Below are positions 47,613 through 59,704 of a stretch of DNA of 62,000 nt, piece after piece. Each line of letters begins with the position of its first letter. Positions within the stretch are counted from its first letter, which is position 1. Source of the DNA: Wallemia ichthyophaga EXF-994 (taxonomy: Eukaryota; Fungi; Basidiomycota); assembly GCF_000400465.1 (NCBI RefSeq), contig NW_008806288.1:1-62000 (forward strand), written 5' to 3'. The notes below the pieces were generated by a model, which did not search any database, had not been told where the DNA came from, and worked only from the letters and a program-made list of their open reading frames with translations. Both the position numbers and the translations under genes were made by a program.

Positions 47613-48593
47613 ATGTCGACGACGATAACAGAAACAGCGACAATCAATAACCCTAAGCCAGATCAGCCAGATAATGCACCAGAACACTGTCCCGGCACAG
47701 AATCCACCGACGCAGGCAAGGCGTCTGCATGTGAAGGATGTCCGAACCAGACGACGTGCCAAACGGCACCCAAAGGACCAGATCCAGATCTACCCATAAT
47801 AAGATCACGTATGGCAGCCATTCAACACAAGATTATGATACTTAGTGGTAAAGGTGGCGTCGGTAAATCTACATTCACTTCGCAGCTCAGCTGGGCAATG
47901 TCGGCAGACGATACCAAAGAAGTCGGTATTATGGATGTTGATATTTGTGGACCATCAATCCCCACTGTTATGGGACTCGTGGGCGAGACTGTCCACCACA
48001 GCGCTAGTGGTTGGTCGCCTGTCTACGTACAGGAAAACTTGGGTGTCATGTCCATTGGATTTCTCCTTCCTGATGAGAAAAATGCCGTCATTTGGAGGGG
48101 TCCCAAGAAGAATGGACTAATTAAACAGTTCCTCAAGGATGTCGACTGGGGCGAGAATATGGACTATTTGCTCGTGGACACCCCACCAGGCACCTCAGAT
48201 GAACACCTCAGCTGTGTCAACTACCTCAAGGAATCTGGAATTGATGGTGCTGTTCTCATCACTACGCCGCAGGAAGTAGCCTTGCAGGATGTGAGAAAGG
48301 AAATCGATTTCTGTCGTAAGACTGGAATACCGATTCTAGGTCTCGTCGAGAATATGAGCGGCTTTGTATGTCCTAATTGTAAAGGCGAGAGCGAGATTTT
48401 CGCCGCAAGTACTGGTGGAGCTCAAGCTTTGGCTGATGAGCAGGGCTTGGAATTACTCGGCAAAGTGCCTCTCGATCCACGCATAGGACAGAGTTCAGAT
48501 TATGGGCTCAACTTCCTCGAGGAGTATCCCGATTCTCCTGCTACAACAGCCTACCTGGATATAATAGACAAGATCACTCAGAAAGTTGAATAG
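47613..48593 (+). CDS. NBP35: Cytosolic Fe-S cluster assembly factor Nbp35
   Basis: N-terminal CPG...[41 protein letters not shown]. Confidence 0.97.
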   Translation: MSTTITETATINNPKPDQPDNAPEHCPGTESTDAGKASACEGCPNQTTCQTAPKGPDPDLPIIRSRMAAIQHKIMILSGKGGVGKSTFTSQLSWAMSADDTKEVGIMDVDICGPSIPTVMGLVGETVHHSASGWSPVYVQENLGVMSIGFLLPDEKNAVIWRGPKKNGLIKQFLKDVDWGENMDYLLVDTPPGTSDEHLSCVNYLKESGIDGAVLITTPQEVALQDVRKEIDFCRKTGIPILGLVENMSGFVCPNCKGESEIFAASTGGAQALADEQGLELLGKVPLDPRIGQSSDYGLNFLEEYPDSPATTAYLDIIDKITQKVE

Positions 48594-48621
48594 ACTGGAG
48601 TCTTTGAATTTGCAACTTAAC

Positions 48622-48675
48622 TAGCACAATCTGCACGACTAGCACAATTAGCACAATTAGCATAATTAGCACAAT
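48622..48675. repeat. 9-bp tandem repeat (TAGCACAAT), about six units
   Basis: tagcacaat ctgcacgac tagcacaat tagcacaat tagcataat tagcacaat, read directly. Confidence 0.85.
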
Positions 48676-48738
48676 ACCACGATCATTTTTATGAAATAAA
48701 TTATACATGTTTCTATATCGCACTGATAGCAAATCTCC

Positions 48739-49949
48739 TCACTTGCTCCTCTCAGCTCTCCACTTGAATACTCTTGCCTTGCCTTCACGGCCCTCCTGCT
48801 CGCCAGCATCAATGTCTGTCTTCTGGCCCTTCTCGAGTTTCTGTTTGGCGCCTTTACCCATGAGTGCCTTTGTCAGTTCGAGCTCGCGTGCAGCTCTGTC
48901 CATTGCATCCTGTCTGAAGACTCTTTGAGTGAGTTCATTGAGTGTCTTCTTCAGCTGTGTCTAAGGCGGGTTATTAACAGGATGAAACGGGCTGCGCTAT
49001 CGATACACACCTCGCCAACAACGACATCGTCGAAGCCATCATTACCATCTACAGCGTCATGTTCTTCATCAACTGCCATACTTTCCTTCTTCTTTGAACG
49101 CTTCTTCTCCTTCTTGCTCAGCTTCCAGCCGAGGTCTGCGAGGTCTACAGCGTCGTCGTTGTGGTCATCTTCCTCCTGGACAGGATTCGTGGGTTCGAAG
49201 TATGCTGTTTTATGATAAGTACGCGTGCAACGGCAAACAGTTGCAGACTCACGCTCAGAATCATCAGTAAAGACAATATGTGGTACATAGTCAGGAATAG
49301 ACCTTTTGCGAGATTTTTTGGGTTCGTCTGAGGGAATGAGATTGCACTGCTTGAGAGCGTATTCCTCGTACTCGTCCAAACCAATATCCATTCTGTACTC
49401 CTCGTTTGCGAGCTGTTTGATATTAGCCAAACTGGACAAATTCCCGACGAGTTTATATATTCTCTGGAGAGTTTGAGTGTAAGTGAGGGTACCTGACGTA
49501 TATAGATAACCACCTTCTGATTAATTGCACGCTGCAGGTAGATATAACCGTTATCTTGGGTTTTGAGCACCTTAACGAGGTCATTAGGCAGTGGAGTGTT
49601 TCCTCTTTCCTGGAAATGCTGACCAGACTACAAGGTGGATTAGGATGGCTGTATTGTACACTGCAATACATACACACCTCCGTCTTCTTCCCAACCATGC
49701 CAAAGTAAAACTCATCCTTATTCTTCAGCTCTGCCTTCTGCCTAAGCTTCGTAAGCCTGTCTCGCTTGCTGTGGTAGTCACGCGCTCTCTTGACGTAGTC
49801 CTTGTGTTTCTCGAGAAAACCGAGCTTCTGGCGGTGCAGCGGCTGTGAACGCTCCTTGTGGTTGCGACGCCTGATTGCATTGCGAAGACTGCTTCCCGGC
49901 TATTATGCAGTGTCAGTAGGTTTGTTGGGCTGTATCGCTTGCTCACCAT
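48739..49949 (-). CDS. UTP11: U3 snoRNA-associated protein Utp11
   Basis: ATG|intron|[20 protein letters not shown]...[19 protein letters not shown]...NKDEFYFGM; C-terminus [11 protein letters not shown]. Confidence 0.9.
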
Positions 49950-50073
49950 GATGATGGCTGTCGGTGATAACGATGTGAGTGGGAGATGTCAGTTACAAAC
50001 AGCGTGAAATATATTCTAGCATTTGTGGAATACATCCGATTTATTTCTTTCTCCGTCTTCCCTTGTATCTTTG

Positions 50074-50405
50074 ATGAGCAGCGCTAGGAAGCCAGAAGAT
50101 ATGACAGACAAAGAGCTCAAGGAGGGCATAGTAGCGATGGAGGCTGAGATTGGGTTGGTGATTTCTTACACACCCATTCACAGCTCAATTATTGCAGTGG
50201 CTGCGAAGAAGCGGAGAGAGTGCGCAAGGAGTACATAAACAAGCTAGAAGAGTACAATTACTTTAAGGATATTGGACAGGTGTGTGATGCGCGTAGACAC
50301 AACTTCAAAACTCATAAAACGCAGATGCTCATCGGTAGAATCGCAGATAGGACTGGCAAGACAATGAAGGACGTTTATAAAGATCTTGACATTGAGGACG
50401 ACTAG
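50074..50405 (+). CDS. SWI5: Recombination accessory factor Swi5/Sae3
   Basis: YINKLEEYNYFKDIGQ|MLIGRIAD, the Swi5 signature; two introns. Confidence 0.8.
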
Positions 50406-50423
50406 ATGGCTACATTGAACTCT

Positions 50424-51165
50424 TTAGTTTCCCAGAAATCCCTTTCCTTGGAGGTACTCGGTGATAATTTTAACACTGGCCTCTACATCATGCTCATCCG
50501 TCTTGATATGCAGTTCAGCATTTGCAGGTGCCTCATAAGGTGCGGAGACACCAGTAAATTCTTTAATTTCACCGCTTCTCGCCTTCTTGTAAAGACCCTT
50601 TGGATCTCTTTGTTCGACGACAGAAAGAGGCGCATCCACGTATACCTCAATGAAAGGCAAACCTTGTGCCTCGTGGAGCTGTCTGGCGAAGTCTCTGTCC
50701 TTCTTATATGGACTGATGAATGACGTGATTGTCAACGCCGCAGAAGACGCGAACAGCTTGGAGACTTCACCGATTCTTCTTATGTTCTCCTCCCTGTCCT
50801 TATCGGAGAAACCAAGATCCTTATTCAAGCCGAATCTAATGTTGTCACCGTCTAATCTGAAAGCTGATTTGCGGAGGTGGAGGAGGTGTTGTTCGAGTGC
50901 AGTAGCGATTGTCGACTGGTTCGATAAACTGATATTCTGCGACTGAATTTATCGACTCACCTTTCCAGAAGCAGACAAACCAGTCAACCAAATCGTCAAA
51001 CCTTGTTGACCGAGCAATTCTTGTCTTTCTTGTTGGCTCACGGTACCTTCACTTATGTTAAGGGATAGCGGGGAATAACCACGACTAACCTTGGTGGAAT
51101 GTCTTTGATTCTATTTGTGAGCTATTTCACTAACCAATCAAACCACTTACAATATTCGTAGCCAT
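50424..51165 (-). CDS. MET14: Adenylyl-sulfate kinase
   Basis: MATNI|TFHQG|TVSQ...[12 protein letters not shown]|STIA...[16 protein letters not shown]...[11 protein letters not shown]. Confidence 0.96.
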
Positions 51166-51192
51166 CGTCTTCGTTGTTCAGGATAGACATCC

Positions 51193-51202
51193 ATCACGTG
51201 AT
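51193..51202. promoter_or_regulatory. Palindromic E-box ATCACGTGAT (Cbf1/USF-type bHLH site)
   Basis: Perfect 10-bp palindrome in the 52-bp gap between the divergent MET14 and BCP1 start codons. Confidence 0.45.
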
Positions 51203-51217
51203 TATTTGATATTCAAA

Positions 51218-52176
51218 ATGAGTTTACAGGAGCCATTGAAGGGTACAACAAAGCGCAAGACCACTGCAGAGGATGACGAGGATAATGAGATTGTTAACGT
51301 TGATTTCGATTTCTTCAATTTGGAGGATATAGACTACCACGCTATAAAGCATCTTTTAACGCAGCTATTCCACTCAGATGCTGAACACCTAGAGCTACAC
51401 ACCCTCACTGATCTAATTTTATCTCAAAACAACGTCGGTAGCACTATCAAGGTTGATGGAAAGGAGTCCGATCCTTACGCCTTCCTTACTGCTATCAGTC
51501 TATCGAAACACAAAGGAAACAGCGCCGTCGGGAAGCTTTCGAGCTACCTCGTCGGTAGAGCAAAATCAGCTAACAATGATGCGCTGTGTAGCACTCTCAT
51601 GCAGCTTTTGAGCGACGAGAGTGGAAGCAACGTCGGTGTCTTATTGGGAGAGAGACTTGTCAACATGCCTGTCGTACTTATTCCACATATGCTGAGATTC
51701 TTACTTGAGGAATTAGAATTGGCTAGCCAGTCTGTAGGTGGAAAGCGGGGCTATTGATTTAACTAACAAACCTTGGCAGGCACCAGATGATTTCAAATTC
51801 ACTCACTTTATCATTCCTACAAGAACATACTTTGAATCAGATAACGATATTGATATGGACACAGGCGAACAAGGTCCAATGAAGAAAAAACGCGGCGGAA
51901 ACGAATCCAAATTGCAAACATTCCATCCAGAAGACGAAGTTACTCAGGATGTAAGTGGTCTGGTGTCTTATGTGGTGCATCTCGCTAACACAAACACACA
52001 AACACCAGTTCACAGATCTAGTTGCAGACTACCAATTCCAACACGTTGTAAACAGAGAGAGTGATGAGTTTGGTGCTGATGTACGCGGACGTGTTATTCT
52101 CATCGAAGCTCAAAAATTCAAGAATGTGGTGCTACCAAAGATGATTGAAGCGACAACGGTATCAGCTGGATTGTAA
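51218..52176 (+). CDS. BCP1: Bcp1/BCCIP ribosome biogenesis factor
   Basis: VNVDFDFF...DYHAIKHLLTQLF, GSTIKVDG, GVLLGERLVNMP; two introns. Confidence 0.9.
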
Positions 52177-52551
52177 TGATTTGGAGTTTATTTATAGTTT
52201 GTTTCTTATTTCAACAATCAAACCTCGATGAATTCACTCCTATTCCGCTGCTTCTCGGCAACTGAAAATAGGCATTTCATAGATTCGGCAAGGATGCAAC
52301 ATGATATATGATGTTATTGTACAGCATGGACTAATATATTGCATCCGACTGAACCAAAAGATGATCATGTGCATTTCGGCGAACGAATCTAGTTTGGTGA
52401 ATATACTGCATCAGCTGAGTGAGATGCCGTGGGAGAGACTGGCTGATATAAATTATCAGCTACAAAGCCTGTCTTCCAAATATTTAATCCAAAAGCTGAA
52501 ATTTCTCGATCCCGTTCCGAAATCCGTTCGTTCGCTGTAACTCAAACTTCC

Positions 52552-55500
52552 ATGGCCGAGAGACGAGAAGGAGGCGATCAGCAACGGCAAGTAAATCGCA
52601 CGCCAAAAAGCGCCAATACGAACCAAGTAAATTTGCCCTCAATGTCCTCCCATCCCACATTGCAGCCGTTCGTTGGTCCATCAGTGATCTACCACCGGCC
52701 ACAGCCAGCACCAGCGCCAACAGCGCCTCAGCTGCCACCTATCTACCGCCAAAACAGTGACAGGCCACCGCCTGAATTCAGTTCTCAGCAGCCCAAACCC
52801 ACTCAACTCGCCCAGAAGCAGCGAAAGCGCAAGTCGGCAAACGATCAGTCACCAGAAATTCCAGTACTCGACCCACAGACTGGCCAGCCAATCAAGAAAC
52901 GTTCTAGAACAACTAGAAGTTGTGACAGCTGCAGGTGCGTACTCCACACCCCACTCAATATGACTTCTGATAAGTGTCCCCAGAGCTCGGAAAATTAGAT
53001 GCGATTTCCTACCTGATTTGGGTGAGTTTCGTGATTCATTGGCAGACACTAAACGCTAATACTATCTCAGAACCTCCTTGTTGTAGGCACTGCAAGCAAA
53101 ATGGTTTGCCTTGCACCAGCAATCTGCCTATTTCAGAGACGCGATTTAAGAAACGTGCAAGCTCAGTTAATGCTTCATCTCAACCACCTTCATCGCGTCC
53201 TTCACCTCCTCAATCCGTTGTGATGCCGCCGAGCGTTGGCCTCAACCAACAACCCTCTGGTCTACATCTTGCTACGACTTCAAGGGCAACAGCGCGCAAT
53301 CCATCGATAGCAACAACTGCCACGCCTTCAAGGGAACCTCCTCCACCTCCACCTTCGTTTCCGCTCAGATTACCGCCAGTGTGGGTCTCAGACTGCTAAC
53401 AATTCTAAAGATGCTAAAATTTTCACAGCGGACGTGAGAATATGACACTACCTCCACCTTCTTCAGAAGCTAGAATGTTGGGACCCACCTCTATTTCCTA
53501 TCTAGTCCACTCTCAAGCCCAGCTACCGACATCAGTCGAGCGTAATCTCAAAGCTGTCGACGATCGCTACCACCAGAAAAGCAGCGTGACTGCAAATGGT
53601 GATGGCTGGATACACCAAATGCAGAATCGTCCAGGCAGCTCACAAGATGCCCCTCTAGCTAAACCAGCCGCAATCAAGCGTGAATCATCGCAAATCCAAC
53701 CACCTGCAGAGCTTGAGTTAGATGAGGAAACCACGCAAATGCTACTAAACATCTATTTTACAGATATAGCGCCAATATTTCCAGTACTGACTAGCGAGGA
53801 ATTTTACAACCATCCTCATCCGTTGCTACTGCGAGCATGCTGCGTGATAGCAGCTACTGGACGTCAAATACCACTAGAAACGCTAAATGCATGTCGGTCA
53901 GCGTTGAATAGCACTTTGGCTGGATCTACCTTATCGCGTTCATCACTGGTCACTATCCAAGCATTGCTTATATGCAGTTTAAATACAGACGCACATTCAA
54001 CCGCACTCGGTAGCTCAGGTAGCTCGATATGGTTGCGAAGTGGTGCAGCTATTCGCATGGCTCATGATCTTGGTCTACATAAAGAGTCAAAGGAATGCTC
54101 GCAGCGAGAGTCAAATCGCAGGCGACGTGTGTGGGCAGCGGTTGTGATAATGGATAGGTGGGCTTCGTGTGCGCATGGATTGCCTATGTCTATCAATTTA
54201 GTCGACTGCGACGTGCTTCTCCCTTCCCCCTTCGACTTCTACAGGGATGATAGTGATACGGAGTCTAAGCCTATCATAAACGAAGAACACAATAGACCTC
54301 ATTCTTTCTTTGTCGAGATGGTCAAGAACTCCGTTTTGCTTGGCCGTATTCTTCAGACACTGTATAGTGCAGTGGGGCTGCGTCTCGTCACTGACGAACA
54401 ACTTTTCAGTCTCGCAGCGGATATTGAGCAATGGAAGGGAGATCTACCGATTAGTTTGAAATTTACCGGTGTTTCGTCCAGCCCCCAATCTGGTGGGTGA
54501 TGAGGTTTTAAATATGAAACAAGTCAAGCTGATAGCGTCGTAGGTATACTGCATATGGCCTATGTAACACTCTGTCTGCTTTTGTTCAGACCGATGATGC
54601 GAGCATCAGAGAATGACAGTGGGTTGAATGAATGTAGAGTTTTATCTCCAATGCTAACGACGGAGCAGTGTCCGAAGGACTGAAGCAGACGCTCGACGAA
54701 CAACGCTGGATGAAGGTGTATGAAGCGTCGACGGAATGCATTGAATGGGTGTACCAGAACCAGAGCATAATGGACCAGTGCGTAAACATGCAATGATAGA
54801 CGCCGCAGCCTCGCTAACGTACACTACAGCTGGTTTATAGCAGTGTACTGTCTCTGCTCATGCGCACTCATTCAGCACTACACTTGGGCGAGAGAGAAGT
54901 GTGAAGGTGCGTTGGATGGGCTGCGCAAGGTCGTCGAGATACTCGAACAATGGCAGAAAGGTGGTGGCGGCGATGAGGCCATCACGTGGCGCAACAAGCT
55001 GACAGATGTGAGTGGAGTATGTGGGTTCATGCGCTCATCTAACAACACCACCGCAGATAATTCATATACTGAACAAGTCAGCCTTGCGTCCACGCTCAGG
55101 CGGTCAAGATGTCACACATACAGACGGCGAAGCGACACACATGCGTAGAAATCCTTTGCAATTGCGCCAAACTGAGGATAAAATGAGCGAGTCGAGTGTG
55201 GGAGCGGGATATCAACCACATGCAAATCTCTATCCGGGTGCAATGGATTCACAGCATTCGACGTACAGCGGTAATAGCGGCAACGGGGGTACGTCATATG
55301 CAGCGCTATCGACGAATAAGGAGGACGCAGAAGTCGTTCAGTCGCCCTTCCAGACTGGGTCTAGTACTCAGTACAACTCCCATCACCCCGTTTACAGCTC
55401 CGTTATCGATGATAGTACACCTCATCACGCATTTTTTGATCTTAACGCATGGGACTGCCTCATGCAGAATTTTCAGCCTATTGGATCGGCTGGTGGACGT

Positions 55501-55569
55501 CGACATGGCGGGGCTGCTGGTGGCCCACCTCCAAACACACTCCCTGGAACTTCCTATGATCCAATTTAA
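52552..55569 (+). CDS. Zn(II)2Cys6 transcription factor with a fungal-specific middle homology domain
   Basis: SCDSCR|ARKIRCD...|CRHCKQNGLPC; MHD motif AIRMAHDLGLH...RRRRVWAAVVIMDRW; several introns. Confidence 0.9.
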
Positions 55570-55732
55570 ACACCTCAACACCTTAAGTCACCGCGAGAAT
55601 CCATACATTTCAAGCCCCCACAAACTGACACACTGAAACTAAGTTATGCAATTTTTATTATCTTGTTAGACAAACAAAATGACTAAACAACTGTTGTAAT
55701 ACATGAAATATTATTTGTCCTTTTACACAAGT

Positions 55733-56663
55733 TTACACAGATGCATCTCCAATTGGGTCCCAGTCAGTGACGAGGTACTCGTCCAAGCTGTCCAATTCGG
55801 CCATGTCATCTTGAGACAGCTCAAAGTCGAAAATATTTTTATTAGCCTCTAAGCGCTCTCTTTTGACAGATTTAGGGAGAGGGATGTATCCCTTCTGGAC
55901 AGACCAGCGGAGGAGCACCTGAGCAGGAGATTTAGCGTGTTTCTCGCTGAGGCGTTTGAGGATAGGGTTATTGAATCTCATAGCGCGCGCGAGCGGGCCC
56001 CAAGCTTCAAGAGAGATGTTTTTCTGTTTGTTGTAAGCAACATCTTCTCTACGCTGCATGAATGGGTGTAGATCGAGCTGATTAACGGAGACGGGGTGTT
56101 TAGTTGAGGAGAGTTCAACTAGATGGCGAATTCCATAATTTGATACACCAGCAGATCTAATGAGCCCCTCGTCGATCGCCTCCTCGATAGCTTGCCACGA
56201 AGCCAATCTGCCTTCCTTGTGTGGATATGGGCCGTGAATCAAGTAAAGGTCTAAATAACCCAATCCACTTAATCTCACACTCTCGCGAATGGCTTTGCGG
56301 GAATGCTCTAGACCATCATTGGCCATTAATTTTGTTGTGTAGAAAATCTCCCCGCGTGGTACACCAGATTGCGCCATGAAGTCGTTGATCGCACTGCCGC
56401 ACGCCTCTTCATTCTCGTACCCTGTCGGCGGTGAGTGGGGGAATTGCACCCGCTATTCACTCACATTCTGCTGTGTCCTGGGGGCGTTAGTGGTGTGATG
56501 TGGATAGCCTCACTCAGCTCACAATATGCCTGTAGCCAGCTTCTAAAGCTTGCTTCACGGACGTATAAGCTTCTTCAGACGTGCTCTCATAAGTCCCAAA
56601 ACCGATTTGCGGGATTCTTTGACCGCTTTTCAAAAAGACGCTGGATGTGATGGAAAGTGACAT
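55733..56663 (-). CDS. Aldo-keto reductase
   Basis: IPQIGFGTY, GYRHI|DSA, YLDLYLIHGP, GVSNY, IPLPKS. Confidence 0.92.
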
Positions 56664-56783
56664 CGTTGAAGAAAGAAGGAGGAGGAAATCGAAATAAATG
56701 TTTAACTTCTTTTTTAATCTCTTTTTATTTCCCAGCTTTGGATATTTCACTCAGCTGCTTCTTCTTCCCATCAACGACCACCG

Positions 56784-58844
56784 ATGCAACTCGAGCCAAT
56801 CAAAAAGCTGGAAATATCATCAGCTGCGTCGTCTACGCTGCTCAGGCTCTTTTCTTACGCGTTTCTTCGTCTGGTGTGTTCTGCATGTTGTGTAATCTGA
56901 GGTTAATGAGACTCACGCGAATTCCAGATCCCCGGACGCGTATTTGTCTATGCCATCGCTGCTTTATACCCAATCTATCTCTTTTTCTCATACTCTGCAA
57001 AACGCCACCGTAAATCTACACGCACTCATCCAGCACTTGCTCTCATATTTGGAATCCCCGTCAACGACTACCAGTACAATCTTGCAAACTTCATAATCAA
57101 CACGCTTGTCTTTATAATGGCCATGGACTTCCTATGGTCCCCCCTTCTCCTTCTTCCAGCTTCGAATGTTGCGTTCGCGAGGCTGGGTCATGTCACCCAC
57201 CTCTCTGCCAAGGTTGTTGCACGCGTTCCTCCACCTAATTGGGTCTCTCAGCACTCTTACGACGGTGGCGACCACGAGCCACTCGCTAAAGTCGTCTACA
57301 AAGCCCGTGACACACAAAATACTTGGCTCCAAGGCCCAATTCTTGCAAATGCATCGCCTGAGTCTGACTGGATGGACTCTGTCACTCTAGAAAATCTCTG
57401 GCCGTCGATTGAATACGATTACAGCGTAGTCTACTTGAACGGACAGTCTATCCCTGGTATTCCCTCACATTTACCTTTAAAGACTTCTCCAGATCCTAAG
57501 TTAACTTCTATCAAAGCTTCCATGTGGGGTGGAAATGGTGGCACTCAGCTATCCTTCGTCTCTGGATCGTGTGTAACTCTCGGCTTCCCATACAGACCAT
57601 TCGCTCACTTCCAAGTACCTGGTTTCGATTTGCTCGCTGAATACATCAGCAACCGCTCCACACAGTTCATGATCTTCTTGGGCGACTTCATTTATGCTGA
57701 TATCCCACTGAGTATAGGCACATTACCAGAGAACTACTGGAGAAAGTATCGCCAAACCATGTCATCAGATTCCTTTAGAAAGGTTTACGAGCAGCTACCA
57801 TTTTACCACATGTACGACGATCATGAAGTCGCCAACAACTACGCTGGACTGGATAACCCTGATGCTTCCCCATTCAGAGAAGCGATGATCGGATGGAAGT
57901 CATACAACGCTGCAGGTAACCCTCAGTCAAGAGTACCAGGCACCAACTACTACTCATTCAATTATGGCGATATCGCTTTCTTTACGCTCGACACACGCGC
58001 TCATAGATCAGCTAATAATGCTCAAGATGGACCTGAAAAGACTATGCTTGGGGAGACTCAAAAGATTGCCCTCCTCGAATGGCTCAGCGATGTGAATCAC
58101 ACGGCTACTTTCAAGTTTCTTAGCTCTTCAGTACCGCTTACTCAACTGTGGAAAGGCGTTGATGGTCATCTTGACACTTGGAGTGGTTTTAAACATGAAC
58201 GCAGCTGGTTGCTAGATGTCTTGCAGGTGAGTTTGGTGTTATGTTCATTGTCTCAGCTTAGTTGATTTGCAGTATGTGCCAAATGTGATTGTCTTATCTG
58301 GCGTAAGTGGTTATTACACCCAAGATGATTCCATTAACCGTCACTCAAGGATCGCCACGAAGCTGCAGCTGTGGAGATGAGGGACAGCATCACGGAATTT
58401 TCAACCAGCCCACTTAGCCAATTCAGTGTACCAGTGAGGACCTTTAAGCAGGACCATACTACATGGATAGAGGATGTGGTAAAGAAGGAGCAACTCAAAG
58501 ACCTCTATCCCTACTTGATTTCCAATGGAAACGGGAAATTATCTCACCCTGATTCACTGGTACACACAACCGCACAAGACAGCGAGCACGTAACTGTTTC
58601 CAGACCTGAAGATCGCGTGCTGGCATACTTGCCAGATGGGTTTGTCAAATGGACGTCTTTCGACATTGACACAACAAGCTCAATCCCCACAGTCAACGCA
58701 ACTATTTGGATAGACGGTAAGCCTGCGTGGTCAAAGCACATAGACGGCAAGCCTATCAGAGAATCATCCAGTGCGATATCGCTGATCGACTCTGTTGGTG
58801 ATATATTTGACAGCATAGGAATGAAAATCTTTAGCCTGTTTTGA
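56784..58844 (+). CDS. Membrane-anchored PhoD-family alkaline phosphatase
   Basis: FLGDFIYAD, YDDHEV, LDTRAHRS, IVLSG|DRHE motifs; hydrophobic N-terminal exons from 56784. Confidence 0.9.
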
Positions 58845-58916
58845 TAACTTATAATATGTATCTAGCATTGTACACTATAATTGTTCATTTTTAGCCCTTT
58901 AATCTAATCAACCTAA

Positions 58917-59659
58917 TCAACCCAATCTCAAACCCAAACCAAGGCCAGCGACGAATGTAGCGCGACTCTGAAAGTCTGCGGTAAGGAAGCTGATGAATGA
59001 GTTAGTTGTGTTGGATAGGGCATTGAAAATAACGCACTCAACGAGCTTATTCCAGACAGTGGCAACTGTCACACCACGCTGAGAGCTGCTGTCGCTCAAC
59101 TTGCGCCGAAGAGACGCGTTGTATCGCTTGCTCATTTTGTCCCACTTGACGACAATCAGTCCTTGAGAGCGCATATACTGCAGAAAAACAAAAGCACCAC
59201 CGACAAAGAAGGCGAGAATCTTAGCGCCCTTCTTTAAGAAAATACCGCAACCTTTTATTGTGAGCGGGGTAAGTCAGAGACAGGGGAGAAACATACAGAT
59301 ACCACAGACTATTTGAGTGGGTAAGTGGGAGTTAGACGAGAAATGGAAGTTTACCCACCTGATCCGAATCCAAGATGCTTGTAGTTGACGATACTATCCG
59401 GTACATCTTCGACGCCTTCGTCTGACGTATTCGCAGGCGATGGAGCGACCTGAGAAGATTCCGGGTTCGATTCACAGTTTAGTCTATTCCTGTGCATATC
59501 TAAAGCCACTGCGCTGCCTGTCAGGCCGATTGCACCGGCGGTTGTAAAGAAATTAGACTTTTGCGGGGATCGATAGCGTATGGCTGGAAAGTAAGATCTG
59601 CCGCTGCGTGGAATAGCCTGCTTTGAAAAACCCTGTGCGCATCTCGATAATTTCAACAT
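58917..59659 (-). CDS. FUN14: FUN14-family mitochondrial outer membrane protein
   Basis: LGFGS|VCGI|CCGIFLKKGAKILAFFVGGAFVFLQY...ADFQSRATFVAGLGLGLRLG. Confidence 0.8.
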
Positions 59660-59704
59660 AATTATCCACTACCTTGGTCGTTTCACTCTAACTTCCATCA
59701 CTCC

